64,000 nucleotides of DNA from an uncultured Candidatus Saccharibacteria bacterium (GCA_964356915.1 CAYHJF010000001.1:215011-279010), one strand, 5' to 3'; positions 28,015 through 38,237 are shown, counted from the stretch's first letter. The notes: generated by a model from the letters alone, not told the origin. Numbers and translations: made by a program.

Positions 28015-29072
28015 AATTCAAGCGTAGCATGGGCTTTTAGCTTGTTCCAGTTCGTGAAATTCTTTTTAAGGACGCTGAAATATGCCGCTGCCCCGATCAT
28101 CGCAGCATTATCAGTTGTAAGTTTTTGCGTAGGGAGGAAGGTGCGAATATTTTTATTGAGAGTATTCGCGGATTTTTTTATTGTATTTCGTAAGCGTGTA
28201 TTTGCAGCGACTCCGCCGCCTAAAATCAGAGAATGAGCGTTAGTCTCTTTGAGTGCTCGTATTGTTTTTGAGACCAGTACTTCTACGGCTGCCGTTTCAA
28301 ATGAAGCGGCGATATCCTCTTTCTTATAGGGAGTGCCGCTTTTTTCTAAATCTCGGATAGTATAGAGAACGGCAGTTTTAAGCCCCGAGAAACTAAAATT
28401 GAAATTTTTTACATGAATCATTGGACGCGGAAACGGAAAGGCATCTTTTTTGCCCTGACGAGCAAGACGACTAATCATGGGACCGCCAGGATATGAAAGA
28501 TTCATCATGCGAGCGACTTTATCAAATGCTTCCCCCGCGGCGTCATCGAGCGTCTGTCCTATGATGCCATAACGCGACCAACCTTCTATATATACAAGTT
28601 CAGTATGTCCGCCACTGACGAGTAGTGCGATTGCAGGGAATGAAACGGTGCGGTGCTCTTTTTGGTTGAGAAGCATTGCTACAATATGTCCTTCCATGTG
28701 ATTTGCTCCAACTAGAGGGAGATTCCATGCTTGTGAGAGTTCTTGGGCAAGATTGATTCCGGTCCACAGGGCAGGTTCAAGTCCGGGTCCTCTTGTGACG
28801 GCGATTGCATCCAGTTCTTTTTCCGGTTTCTTAATCTTTGCTTTTAGAAGGGCACGAGTGAGAACGATCGGGAGCTTTTTTAAATGTTCGCGTTTGGCAA
28901 TATTTGGTACAACTCCGCCAAATTCTTTATGGATATTGATTTGAGATGAGACGATGTTAGAGAGGATTTTATACGTTGGTTTTTTTAGTCCGCCCCAACA
29001 TTGAACAACTGCGATAGCGGTTTCGTCGCAAGATGTCTCGATGGCGAGAATAGTTGTTGCTTTTTTGGACAT
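28011..29072 (-). CDS. tsaD: tRNA N6-adenosine threonylcarbamoyltransferase TsaD
   Basis: ILAIETSCDETAIAVV...; Kae1/Gcp family. Confidence 0.9.
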   Translation of the reverse strand: MSKKATTILAIETSCDETAIAVVQCWGGLKKPTYKILSNIVSSQINIHKEFGGVVPNIAKREHLKKLPIVLTRALLKAKIKKPEKELDAIAVTRGPGLEPALWTGINLAQELSQAWNLPLVGANHMEGHIVAMLLNQKEHRTVSFPAIALLVSGGHTELVYIEGWSRYGIIGQTLDDAAGEAFDKVARMMNLSYPGGPMISRLARQGKKDAFPFPRPMIHVKNFNFSFSGLKTAVLYTIRDLEKSGTPYKKEDIAASFETAAVEVLVSKTIRALKETNAHSLILGGGVAANTRLRNTIKKSANTLNKNIRTFLPTQKLTTDNAAMIGAAAYFSVLKKNFTNWNKLKAHATLEL

Positions 29073-29128
29073 TGACGTTTATAACTATAGCAGATTTTTT
29101 GATAGTTTTGACAAGAGGAGAGCTGACC

Positions 29129-30310
29129 ATGGAAGGTGCTGTAGTTACGAGGTTCCCTACATGTAAGCGTTGTAATAGGGAGCGAAGAGTATGTCGAACG
29201 ACACTTCTTTGTGACCCCTGTGGGACTACGCGGTATAGTTTGAATGCTCGTAGAAGAAGTCATAGCTTAGCTGCACTTACAGTAGATGAGTTTATCCTCG
29301 AGCGCCCCTTTCAAGGTGCTCGAGGCGGACAGATTGCTGTAGTCCAGAGACCTCTTCGTATAAGGCCAAGGACCTTCCCTAGTTACGAGGCGATACCTGG
29401 ATTTTTAATCGCAAGCGAAGCTATGCACGGAGTTGTTCAAACTGTGCAGAAGCTCGCAGCTCACGACACAAGCGTTCTCATTCATGGAGAAACTGGTGTC
29501 GGAAAAGATTTGATTGCTCGCTTGATACATAGGAGTAGTAGGCGCTTCGATAAGCTAATGGTTGTCATTGATTGCGCTGCCTTGACCGAAACGTTAGCCG
29601 AAAGCGAGCTCTTTGGGCATGCGCGAGGATCGTTTACGGGAGCAGGTGGTGGTCGGACTGGCTTATTTGAGAGTACGAATGGAGGAACGATTTTTCTAGA
29701 TGAGATTGGTGAGCTATCACTTGGTATCCAAGCTCGACTCTTGAGAGTTTTGGAGTCGCGCGTAGTTCGACCCGTTGGGAGTAATCAAGTCATCTCAATT
29801 GATGTACGTATCGTTGCCGCTACGAATAAGAATTTATTTACGTTAGTTGACGAGGGAAGGTTCCGTCTCGATCTCTTACATCGTCTCTACGTTGCTGACG
29901 TGGTAATACCGCCGCTTCGTGTACGACGAGAAGAAATACCGGCGATTGCACTTCACCTTGCCAGTATGCTGAGAGCTTCCGCCGAAGACGTGCTTTCAGA
30001 GCTTGATCAGGCGGAAGAACATTCATGGCCAGGGAATGTACGAGAACTGCGTAATGCAGTAGAGCGTGCGATGCTTGGTTTGCCGATGCTCTCATGCGTT
30101 ATACCAAATAGTTCGAGGAGTGGAAGTGAAAATCCCCTTATTACTTCCGGGCGTATTTTGACGGACGCAGATGTGCGAGCTATGTACGCAGAATATACAA
30201 ATTATGTAGTGCGGTTGTGTGGTGGTAACAAAAGACTTGCAGCTACACGTCTTGGTTTAAATCGGACAACTCTTCATCAGCGAATCAAAAACGCTACTAG
30301 CCCAGTTTGA
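29129..30310 (+). CDS. sigma54-type enhancer-binding AAA+ transcriptional activator with N-terminal Cys4 module and C-terminal Fis-type HTH
   Basis: GAGGAG SD before the ATG at 29129. CKRCNRERRVC...CDPCG. Walker A GETGVGKD, a GAFTGA-like GSFTGA and Walker B IFLDEIGEL. HTH LAATRLGLNRTTLHQRIK. Confidence 0.75.
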   Translation: MEGAVVTRFPTCKRCNRERRVCRTTLLCDPCGTTRYSLNARRRSHSLAALTVDEFILERPFQGARGGQIAVVQRPLRIRPRTFPSYEAIPGFLIASEAMHGVVQTVQKLAAHDTSVLIHGETGVGKDLIARLIHRSSRRFDKLMVVIDCAALTETLAESELFGHARGSFTGAGGGRTGLFESTNGGTIFLDEIGELSLGIQARLLRVLESRVVRPVGSNQVISIDVRIVAATNKNLFTLVDEGRFRLDLLHRLYVADVVIPPLRVRREEIPAIALHLASMLRASAEDVLSELDQAEEHSWPGNVRELRNAVERAMLGLPMLSCVIPNSSRSGSENPLITSGRILTDADVRAMYAEYTNYVVRLCGGNKRLAATRLGLNRTTLHQRIKNATSPV

Positions 30311-30376
30311 TAGCAGATTAATTGGTAAGAAATTCAGCCCTACGTAAGTGGGGTTTTTATTTTTTTGTTTTTAGTG

Positions 30377-30448
30377 CGGCCCCAACGGGAATCGAACCCG
30401 TATTTACACATTGAAAGCGTGCTGTCCTAACCATTAGACGATGGGGCC
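30377..30448 (-). tRNA. tRNA-Glu (anticodon TTC)
   Basis: Reverse complement folds with acceptor GGCCCCA/TGGGGCC, anticodon loop CTTTCAA and T-arm ACGGG-TTCGATT-CCCGT. Confidence 0.8.
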
Positions 30449-30540
30449 TTTTGTCCCGTCATCCTACCATCGTCTTGACCTCTTGGAAAGAGCAGGGTCT
30501 TTATTTTTTAAGCGAAAATTGCTATATTACCGAGACAATT

Positions 30541-30612
30541 GCGCGATTAGCTCAGTGGTAGAGCGTTACTTTGACATAGTAAAGGCCGCAGGTTCGATCC
30601 CTGCATCGCGCA
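30541..30612 (+). tRNA. tRNA-Val (anticodon GAC)
   Basis: Acceptor GCGCGAT/ATCGCGC, anticodon stem TTACT/AGTAA with loop TTGACAT, T-arm GCAGG-TTCGATC-CCTGC. Confidence 0.85.
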
Positions 30613-30622
30613 CCGAAAAAAT

Positions 30623-32167
30623 ATGAAAAACATTTTAAAACAAAAGAAAGTTTGGATTGGAATAGCTGTGCTTTTAGTAGGCGGTTTATTTTTTGTATTT
30701 CGTAGCGGAAAAAGTTCCGCCGGAGATACGCTTGTTATTGTTCGAACAAATCTTGTTCAAGAGGTGAGTGTAACGGGGACAGTAAAGCCTGCCGCGAATG
30801 CCGATCTCGCATTCGATCGTTCAGGGCGTATTTCTTATGCGAATGTTCGTGTTGGAGATATTGTGGGCGCAGGACAAGTTCTTGTCTCGCTTGAAAATGG
30901 AGATTTTGCCGGTGCTCTTCAAGAGGCGGAAGCAAATGTAAAAGCAGAGCAGGCAAAACTTGATGAACTCAAGCAAGGAACGCGTCCCGAGGAAATTGTT
31001 GTGCAGGAGATAAAGGTAAGAAATGCTCGAACTTCACTTGGTGATGCAAAAAATAATGTTATTGATAAGACGCAAGATGCCTATACAAAATCTAATGATG
31101 CGATACGAGGTAAGGCGGATGCAATGTTTACGAACCCTCAATCGCAGGCTCCTCAGTTATCGTTTGTCACTGGTTTAGGTACAAAAAGTACGCTCGAATT
31201 TCAGCGGCTAAAGATTGAAAAGATTTTAACAACTTGGAACGAAGTATTGTTGACCGGGATTCAGGCCGAGGATTTTCCTCGCCTTATTCTTTCGAGTAGA
31301 CAGAATCTTCAGGAAATTAGTAGTTTCCTTGATGTTATGACGCTTGCATTAAGTTCAGTATCATCAGGTTCTGGTTTATCGCAAACAACACTCGATAGTT
31401 GGAAGTCTGATTTAAGTACTGCACGGACAAATGTGAATACGGCGCTTACAAATCTTTCTGCTGCAGAAGAAAAGTTGCGATCCGCTGAGTCCGCACTCGC
31501 GCTCACAGAGCAAGAGCTGGCGCTTAAAAAAGCTGGCTCAACGTCGGAACAGATTATGGGGCAAGAGGCGCAACTTGAGCGTGTACGTGCGGCGGTACGA
31601 AGTGCATCTGCTAATCTCGGCAAGACAATCATTCGCGCGCCGATTTCAGGTGTTCTTACAAAGCAAGACGCAAAGGCGGGCGAAATCGCAACAGCAGGGC
31701 AAGTTCTTGTGTCGATGATCGGAAATTCAGGCTTTGAAATAGAAGCAAATGTGCCGGAGGCAGACATCGCAAAGATTGCATTAAGTGATAGCGCCCGCGT
31801 TACACTTGATGCGTACGGGTCAGAGGTAGAGTTTCCAGCAATTGTCGTGAAAATTGATCCGGCTGAAACGATTGTTGATGGCGTTCCCACATATAAGGTG
31901 ACATTGCAGTTCAAAGAAAAAGACGAGCGTATTCGTTCTGGTATGACCGCGAACACGGATATTATTACTGACAGCAAGGATAATATATTTACGATTCCAC
32001 AGCGCGCGATAAAAACAAAAGATGGCAAAAAATACGTCTCCACTAAAAAGGGTGAGGCCGAAGAAGAGATAGAAATAACCACTGGCATCCGTGGGTCAAA
32101 CGGATACGTCGAGGTACTCACAGGCCTTCGTGAGGGAGATACGGTCATTCTTGATGCTAAGAAATAA
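30623..32167 (+). CDS. HlyD/MacA-family periplasmic adaptor (membrane fusion protein) of tripartite efflux system
   Basis: N-terminal TM segment, a long coiled-coil region and a C-terminal beta-barrel domain; first gene of an operon with the FtsX permease and ABC ATPase. Confidence 0.8.
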   Translation: MKNILKQKKVWIGIAVLLVGGLFFVFRSGKSSAGDTLVIVRTNLVQEVSVTGTVKPAANADLAFDRSGRISYANVRVGDIVGAGQVLVSLENGDFAGALQEAEANVKAEQAKLDELKQGTRPEEIVVQEIKVRNARTSLGDAKNNVIDKTQDAYTKSNDAIRGKADAMFTNPQSQAPQLSFVTGLGTKSTLEFQRLKIEKILTTWNEVLLTGIQAEDFPRLILSSRQNLQEISSFLDVMTLALSSVSSGSGLSQTTLDSWKSDLSTARTNVNTALTNLSAAEEKLRSAESALALTEQELALKKAGSTSEQIMGQEAQLERVRAAVRSASANLGKTIIRAPISGVLTKQDAKAGEIATAGQVLVSMIGNSGFEIEANVPEADIAKIALSDSARVTLDAYGSEVEFPAIVVKIDPAETIVDGVPTYKVTLQFKEKDERIRSGMTANTDIITDSKDNIFTIPQRAIKTKDGKKYVSTKKGEAEEEIEITTGIRGSNGYVEVLTGLREGDTVILDAKK

Positions 32168-32168
32168 T

Positions 32169-33440
32169 ATGCGCTTTCTCCCGTTGCGCGTAGGTTTTTT
32201 TCTCGCAACGCGCCAGATTAGACGATCCGGGAAAGGTACGACATCATTGATCGTATTTATTATGATGCTTACCTTTTTGAATATGGTTGTTGTTTCTGGT
32301 CTTTTGGTTGGATTGATCGCGGGGTCATTTAAACAATTTCGTGAAAGTTATTCAGGCGAAGTAATCGTTACATCTGCTCAAGGTAGGGACTATATAGAAG
32401 AGTCTCCAGAATTAATAGCATTTTTGGAGAGTCACTCGCGCGTGACGGCGATCTCGCCTCGATATGGCGTAAATGTACAGGTACTGGGAACTCTCAATGA
32501 TCTTCCAGAAAAGAATGAGAGACCAAATCGTATCGGCGTACGCTTGTCAGGTATTGATTTAGAGCGCGAAGAAAAAGTCACGGGATTTTCTCGGTTCATT
32601 ATAGAGGGAGAGCCGCTGACCAAGGGGGAAGAGGGATATATACTCGCGGGCGCAAATTTTCTTCGCAAGTACTCAACATTTGCGGACGCGAATATCCCCG
32701 GACTCGATCTTTTGAGTGATGTTGAGGTCGGGAGTCGTGTTCGAATTACATTAACAACAAAAGAAGGAACAAAGGTTGTAAAGGATTTTATTGTGAAAGG
32801 TATCGTAAAGAGTAAGGTTGATGAGATTTCAACAAGATTTTTTATTACGGATAATGAGTTGCGTCGATTGTTGCCGGTGAATAAAGAGCAGGTCCAAGAA
32901 ATTGCGATTAAGACTGATTATGAATACGCTCCCACATTAGTCCAAGAGATTAAGGATTTTATGGGGTCTCATGCAGCGCGCGTTCAGACGACTGACGAAG
33001 CAATTCCCTCATTTTTACGTGATATAGAGACAACGTTTAGAATCCTTGGCAACGCACTTTCATCGTTCGCGCTTATTGTTGCTTCTATTACTATTTTTAT
33101 CGTTATCTTTATTAATGCCGTTACGAAGCGAAAATTTATTGGAATCATGAAAGGTATTGGTATTAGTCCACTTGCTATTCAATTTTCTTATATTTTTCAG
33201 GCACTCTTTTATGGTGTTGTTGGGTCAGCAATTGGTCTCGTATTAACATTTGGTTTTTTACAGCCGTACTTTGATCTTCATCCAATTAATTTCCCTTTTT
33301 CCGACGGTATTCTTGTGGCAACTCCTGCCGGTGCGGCACTTCGGATTCTCATTTTACTTACTGTTACGTTAATCGCAGGATATTTGCCAGCAAAATTAAT
33401 TGTTCGCAAAAACACTCTTGATTCTATCTTGGGCAGATAA
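32169..33440 (+). CDS. ABC transporter permease, FtsX/MacB-like
   Basis: N-terminal TM helix, large periplasmic domain and three C-terminal TM helices. The ATG is adjacent to the adaptor gene stop. Confidence 0.8.
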   Translation: MRFLPLRVGFFLATRQIRRSGKGTTSLIVFIMMLTFLNMVVVSGLLVGLIAGSFKQFRESYSGEVIVTSAQGRDYIEESPELIAFLESHSRVTAISPRYGVNVQVLGTLNDLPEKNERPNRIGVRLSGIDLEREEKVTGFSRFIIEGEPLTKGEEGYILAGANFLRKYSTFADANIPGLDLLSDVEVGSRVRITLTTKEGTKVVKDFIVKGIVKSKVDEISTRFFITDNELRRLLPVNKEQVQEIAIKTDYEYAPTLVQEIKDFMGSHAARVQTTDEAIPSFLRDIETTFRILGNALSSFALIVASITIFIVIFINAVTKRKFIGIMKGIGISPLAIQFSYIFQALFYGVVGSAIGLVLTFGFLQPYFDLHPINFPFSDGILVATPAGAALRILILLTVTLIAGYLPAKLIVRKNTLDSILGR

Positions 33441-33446
33441 TATTTT

Positions 33447-34130
33447 ATGATTACAGCAAAAAAATTAGTGAAGAGCTATGGCTCTGGAGAACTCGAACTC
33501 ACAGTTCTTAAGAGTTTAGATTTAGAGATACAAGATGGAGAGTTTGTCGCGATTATCGGTCCGTCTGGTGCGGGTAAATCAACACTTTTGTATCAGCTTT
33601 CTTTGCTCGATGCTCCAACATCAGGGGAGGTATATGTTGATGGCGTAAAAACTTCTGAGCTTAATGAAGTAGAGAAAACACAGTTGCGGCTACGAAAGCT
33701 CGGGTATGTATTTCAGGATTACGCGTTATTACCCGAGCTTACGGCGATTGAGAATGTCATGCTTCCAATGTTGATGCAGGGTTTATCTCGCGAGGTTGCT
33801 CTTGAGAAGGCGCGACGCGCTCTTGCGCGTATTAGTCTTTCAGATAAAGAACAAAATTTACCAAATCAACTTTCAGGCGGTCAGCAGCAACGAGTTTCAA
33901 TCGCACGCGCAATCGGGCATGATCCCCATATTCTGTTTGCTGACGAGCCAACAGCAAATTTAGATTCAATGAGCGCGAAGCTGGTCATGGATGCATTCCT
34001 CGACCTACATCATAAAGACAAACAAACAGTCATTATGGTTACACACGAAGAAGAATACGCTGCATACGCAGAGCGCATTATTGCGTTGAGTGACGGGCTT
34101 GTGGTGAGAGATGAGAGAAAGAAGAAGTAA
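33447..34130 (+). CDS. ABC transporter ATP-binding protein (MacB/LolD-like)
   Basis: GPSGAGKST, LSGGQQQRVSIARA and ILFADEPT. Confidence 0.9.
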   Translation: MITAKKLVKSYGSGELELTVLKSLDLEIQDGEFVAIIGPSGAGKSTLLYQLSLLDAPTSGEVYVDGVKTSELNEVEKTQLRLRKLGYVFQDYALLPELTAIENVMLPMLMQGLSREVALEKARRALARISLSDKEQNLPNQLSGGQQQRVSIARAIGHDPHILFADEPTANLDSMSAKLVMDAFLDLHHKDKQTVIMVTHEEEYAAYAERIIALSDGLVVRDERKKK

Positions 34131-34210
34131 TTTTTTCTCAAATCGGTATGTATGTAGAGTGTAAAGAATCATGATGTTGGTAGTACAATCTCGCTCTCAG
34201 AGCGTTTTCT

Positions 34211-34924
34211 ATGTATACTAGTACGCATATTATGTCAGAGCCGCAATCTTTGAGACACGTTGCAATTATCCCAGATGGAAATAGGCGATGGGCGACCGCG
34301 CGAGGCAAGAAACCATGGGAAGGACATCAGGCGGGGTTTAAGTCGTTTGAAGATATTTTACGAAAGGCGCTTGATCTGAACATCTACTGCGTTTCTTTTT
34401 GGGGCATGAGTACAGATAACTTTACAAAGCGTGATCCACGAGAGGTGCGCGCCCTGCTGTCTATCTTTAAGGGGATGATGAATAAGGCTCGACGCGATAA
34501 AGATCTCGAACGTCACGATGTAAAAATTTCAGTTGTTGGTGAGTGGAAGAAAAAATTTCCTCGCATACTCTCTAATTTGTTTGATTCTGTCATTGAGCAA
34601 ACGCGCGAACGCAAGCACCACGTGCTTAATTTGTTGCTTTGTTATGATGGTAAATCAGAAATGACGCTCGCGTTTAAAAAGGCACTTGCTTCAAAGAAGC
34701 CTTTTGCATCTCCAAAAGATTTTTTGTGGACGCGAGATCTTCCTCCGGTTGATCTTGTTGTAAGAACGGGTGGAGATCCGCATCTTTCCGCGGGTTTTAT
34801 GATGTGGGATACCGCCGATGCTCAACTCTATTTTTCAGAAAAGTTATGGCCAGATTTTACGCCCGATGATTTTGAGGCAGCGGTTCGAGCTTTCGAAGAG
34901 CGTGAACGAAGATTTGGGGCATGA
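34211..34924 (+). CDS. uppS: isoprenyl transferase (undecaprenyl-diphosphate synthase family)
   Basis: HVAIIPDGNRRWA; FWGMSTDNF; C-terminal RFG. Confidence 0.85.
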   Translation: MYTSTHIMSEPQSLRHVAIIPDGNRRWATARGKKPWEGHQAGFKSFEDILRKALDLNIYCVSFWGMSTDNFTKRDPREVRALLSIFKGMMNKARRDKDLERHDVKISVVGEWKKKFPRILSNLFDSVIEQTRERKHHVLNLLLCYDGKSEMTLAFKKALASKKPFASPKDFLWTRDLPPVDLVVRTGGDPHLSAGFMMWDTADAQLYFSEKLWPDFTPDDFEAAVRAFEERERRFGA

Positions 34925-34936
34925 TACACTAGGTGC

Positions 34937-35332
34937 ATGGCACCGGCAGTTTTTTTCGACTTTTTACGATGGCACTATCTGGTAGGTATTTCTAAGCTTT
35001 TGAAGGCGTGGGGTAATCTCCATTGGTTTCTCTATCACTATTTTTCTATTGATACTCTCGCAAAGAGTTTTTTTGAGCCGTTTCATCGTATGCAGGAGCG
35101 GAAGAGAAGAGGCTTTGATGTTGAAGATATCGCAGGCGTATTAATCATGAATACGGTTTTGCGGTTTATTGGCATGTTGGTTCGGTCCGTATTTATTATA
35201 CTCGGTGTCTTTGCTCAAATTGTCATGTTTGGTGTAGGGAGCTTGCTCTTTATAGCTGCCGTTCTTGCGCCAGCTCTGCTAGTCGGTCTCGTGGTCGCAA
35301 GTATTGTTCAAGTAGTTAAAATATTTTCATGA
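34937..35332 (+). CDS. hypothetical membrane protein
   Basis: 131 aa with a hydrophobic C-terminal half. Confidence 0.5.
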   Translation: MAPAVFFDFLRWHYLVGISKLLKAWGNLHWFLYHYFSIDTLAKSFFEPFHRMQERKRRGFDVEDIAGVLIMNTVLRFIGMLVRSVFIILGVFAQIVMFGVGSLLFIAAVLAPALLVGLVVASIVQVVKIFS

Positions 35333-37809
35333 GTACGGTCACGGTAATAAATTCATATCCATGGTTATTCCGCGCTTTGCGTCTCGATCGAATTATTGCT
35401 GAGCGCGTGCGAGTGTTTATTATGACGGTATCTTTTTGGATAGTATTGTTCAGTGGTGCTGCTGAAATCATTAGCTCTTTTTTTAAAGTAAGTGCGTTGA
35501 ATGGGTATGATGATCTTTTGCTCGGTGTGAGTTTTGTGAGTGGAGCAGTCGCATTGTTGTTTTGGCTCGTTGAGTTTTTTTATCGTTCAAATCTTGTACC
35601 CGCATTTGTTTTGGAACGAGAGGGCATTCAATATACGTTCAGCGTAGAAACTTCACGATTGCTAATGAACGCCGAGCCAAGTGTTCTTGCTCGTGATGCG
35701 ATAGAGTCTTTACCTATTTTTCAATCATTTGCACGCTTGCCACTTACAGACTTATTGCTTGTTCGGTTAGGAATTCCTCGCGAAGCATTCGAAATATTTC
35801 TTAATGCGCATGCGGGCGGGGTATCAGTTTTAGCTTCAGAGTTTTTCACGAAAGTATGTGATCGATGTGATAAGGAGCGTACGCAGGGGATTTGGGTAAG
35901 CGATATACTTGCTGTGTTGATGGATTGTGATGCGCTTTGGAATAAGTTTTTGTTTGATGCCAAGGTTACAAGAGAAGACTTTGTCGCTGCGGCACTTTGG
36001 GTTGAATATCAATTTAGCGAGGAGACAAAACGAAAACGATGGTGGGATCGAAGTCAGCTCGGACAGATTTCAGGTCTTGGTAAGGATCTCGGTTTTGGAT
36101 ATACCTATCATCTTGACATGTACTCTCATGAAGTATGGCCTGGAGCGATGAAATACGCGCGCGAAACACGCAGACGAGAGATAGAGGCTCTTGAGCAAGC
36201 ACTTTCTCGATCGTATGAGGCAAATGTCATGCTTGTCGGAGAGGAGGGATCGGGTAAGCATGCAGTTCTCGAGGGGTTATCTCAGAAGATTCTTGAAGGT
36301 TCGGCGCCAGCAACGCTTGAATTTAAGCGCATGGTCATGCTCGATTATTCAAGTATTACTGCCGCAACAAAAACGAAAGGAGATTTTGAGGCGACAATGA
36401 TTAAGCTTCTTGAAGAAGCGGTTGCCGCGGGAAATATTATTCTCATTATTGAAAATTTTGAAGGATTTCTTTCCTCAATCGCTTCCTTGGGTACAGACGG
36501 GTTGGCACTTCTTGAGCCATATGCCGCAACCGCCCGCCTACAGATTATTGGCTTGAGTGATCCGACAGCATACCATCGTGATCTTGAGCCAGATGGAAAG
36601 GTTACAAAGTTATTTGAAAAGGTTGATATTGAACAGCCAGATGCTAATCGGTTGCTTATGATGGTTGAGGATGCAGCTTTGATTATAGAGTCGCGCGCGC
36701 GGAAAGTGTTTACATTTCAAGCAATTAAAAAGTCGGTAGCACTCGCGGACCGATTTATTCAAGATGGAGCAATGCCGGAAAAGGCGATTGATCTTTTGGA
36801 GTCAGCCGCTTCGAGCGTTGCCGTTAGTAAAATTTTGATTTATCCCGAAGACATAGAGTCAGTTGTTGAAAAAAAGACTCACATCCCAACCTCAAAGGCA
36901 GAATCGGAAGAGCGCGATAAATTATTGAATATGGAACAGCTGCTTCATGAGCGAATGATTGATCAGGAAGAGGCGATTCGTTCCGTGTCAGATGCGCTTC
37001 GAAGAGCGCGTTCTGGTCTTAAGGGCAACAATCGGCCCATCGGCACCTTTCTGTTTATTGGGCCTACGGGTGTAGGGAAAACAGAAACCGCAAAAGCACT
37101 TGCACAGGTATATTTTGGAGACGAAGAAGCGATGTTTCGTTTTGATATGTCGGAGTATAGTCAGGGGGATGGGGTAGAAAAACTTATTGGATCGCGCGAT
37201 TCAAAGATTCCTGGTGTACTCGCTTCGCGTCTTCGTGAGCGACCATTCTCACTCTTACTTTTCGACGAGTTTGAGAAGGCAACGCGAGAGGTACATAATA
37301 TATTTTTGCAGATTCTCGACGAAGGATTTTTCTCAGATGGTGCAGGCAAGCGAGTCTCCGCGAGAGAAACAATGATTATTATGACTTCAAATGCGGGCGC
37401 AAACCTTATCATCGAACTTTTGCGGGTACAAAAAGATTCTGCTGTGATTAAGCAATCGATTATCGATGAGATTCGTACAAAAAATATATTTACACCTGAA
37501 CTCCTCAACCGTTTTGATGAAATAGTTTTATTTAAGCCGTTACCGAAAGAAGAGCTGGTGAAGGTGGCAATGCTTATGCTTAAGGGGCTTACCAAAAAAC
37601 TTGCTGAGCAGGAAATTATATTTGTGCCGAGCGAAGAACTTGCCGCACGAGTTGTTGAGATTGGGTACGATCCAATTTTTGGCGCTCGTCCCATGCGTCG
37701 TGCAATCAGCGATCGAGTCGAACAGGTAATTGCAAAAAAGATTCTTGGAGGTGAGTTGAAGAGAGGAGATACATTTCAGTTTGCTTCAGAAGATATAAAA
37801 AATCTATAA
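35329..37809 (+). CDS. membrane-anchored ClpA/ClpB-like AAA+ ATPase (degenerate D1, canonical D2)
   Basis: Three N-terminal TM helices. D1 has Walker A GEEGSGKH and Walker B IIENFEG, both off-consensus. D2 has GPTGVGKTETAKALA, LLFDEFEKA and MTSNAGA. No M-domain or IGF loop. Confidence 0.75.
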   Translation: MSTVTVINSYPWLFRALRLDRIIAERVRVFIMTVSFWIVLFSGAAEIISSFFKVSALNGYDDLLLGVSFVSGAVALLFWLVEFFYRSNLVPAFVLEREGIQYTFSVETSRLLMNAEPSVLARDAIESLPIFQSFARLPLTDLLLVRLGIPREAFEIFLNAHAGGVSVLASEFFTKVCDRCDKERTQGIWVSDILAVLMDCDALWNKFLFDAKVTREDFVAAALWVEYQFSEETKRKRWWDRSQLGQISGLGKDLGFGYTYHLDMYSHEVWPGAMKYARETRRREIEALEQALSRSYEANVMLVGEEGSGKHAVLEGLSQKILEGSAPATLEFKRMVMLDYSSITAATKTKGDFEATMIKLLEEAVAAGNIILIIENFEGFLSSIASLGTDGLALLEPYAATARLQIIGLSDPTAYHRDLEPDGKVTKLFEKVDIEQPDANRLLMMVEDAALIIESRARKVFTFQAIKKSVALADRFIQDGAMPEKAIDLLESAASSVAVSKILIYPEDIESVVEKKTHIPTSKAESEERDKLLNMEQLLHERMIDQEEAIRSVSDALRRARSGLKGNNRPIGTFLFIGPTGVGKTETAKALAQVYFGDEEAMFRFDMSEYSQGDGVEKLIGSRDSKIPGVLASRLRERPFSLLLFDEFEKATREVHNIFLQILDEGFFSDGAGKRVSARETMIIMTSNAGANLIIELLRVQKDSAVIKQSIIDEIRTKNIFTPELLNRFDEIVLFKPLPKEELVKVAMLMLKGLTKKLAEQEIIFVPSEELAARVVEIGYDPIFGARPMRRAISDRVEQVIAKKILGGELKRGDTFQFASEDIKNL

Positions 37810-37816
37810 TTCTTTC

Positions 37817-38227
37817 ATGGATACTTGTATTTTTTGTAAAATCATAAAAAAAGAAATTCCAACAGAAATTATCTATGAAGATGATGCTGTCTTTGCATTT
37901 CTTGATGCGCAACCGCGATCTCCGGGACATACGCTCGTGATACCAAAAAACCATACCGAAAACTTACTTGATATGCAGAAAGAAGCAGTGGGGCCATTTT
38001 TTGAACGTGTTCAAGCGGTGCTTAATATGGTGAAGCGGGCTCTTGATCCGGATGGATTTACGCTCGGTATCAACCACGGCAAATGGGCGGGGCAGGCAGT
38101 TGATCATCTGCATTTTCATATTATGCCGCGGTGGAAGGATGACGGAGGGCATTCAATTCATTGGGTTGTAACTAATATTCCCGATGAAGAGCCGCGTATT
38201 ATCGCAGAACGTATTAGAGGTAAATAA
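37817..38227 (+). CDS. HIT family hydrolase
   Basis: Histidine triad HLHFHIMPR. Confidence 0.85.
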   Translation: MDTCIFCKIIKKEIPTEIIYEDDAVFAFLDAQPRSPGHTLVIPKNHTENLLDMQKEAVGPFFERVQAVLNMVKRALDPDGFTLGINHGKWAGQAVDHLHFHIMPRWKDDGGHSIHWVVTNIPDEEPRIIAERIRGK

Positions 38228-38237
38228 AAAGCACCAC

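Noticed and set aside
30441-30626. 61-aa plus-strand ORF spanning the tRNA-Glu/tRNA-Val region.
   Set aside because: It overlaps two tRNA genes.
31309-32208. 299-aa minus-strand ORF inside the membrane-fusion-protein gene; similar antisense ORFs at 37161-37694 (inside the AAA+ gene), 59055-59567 (inside htrA), 57713-58045 (inside nth) and 1782-2504 (inside the PBP gene).
   Set aside because: They are antisense to well-supported genes and have Ser/Ala/Arg-rich low-complexity products.
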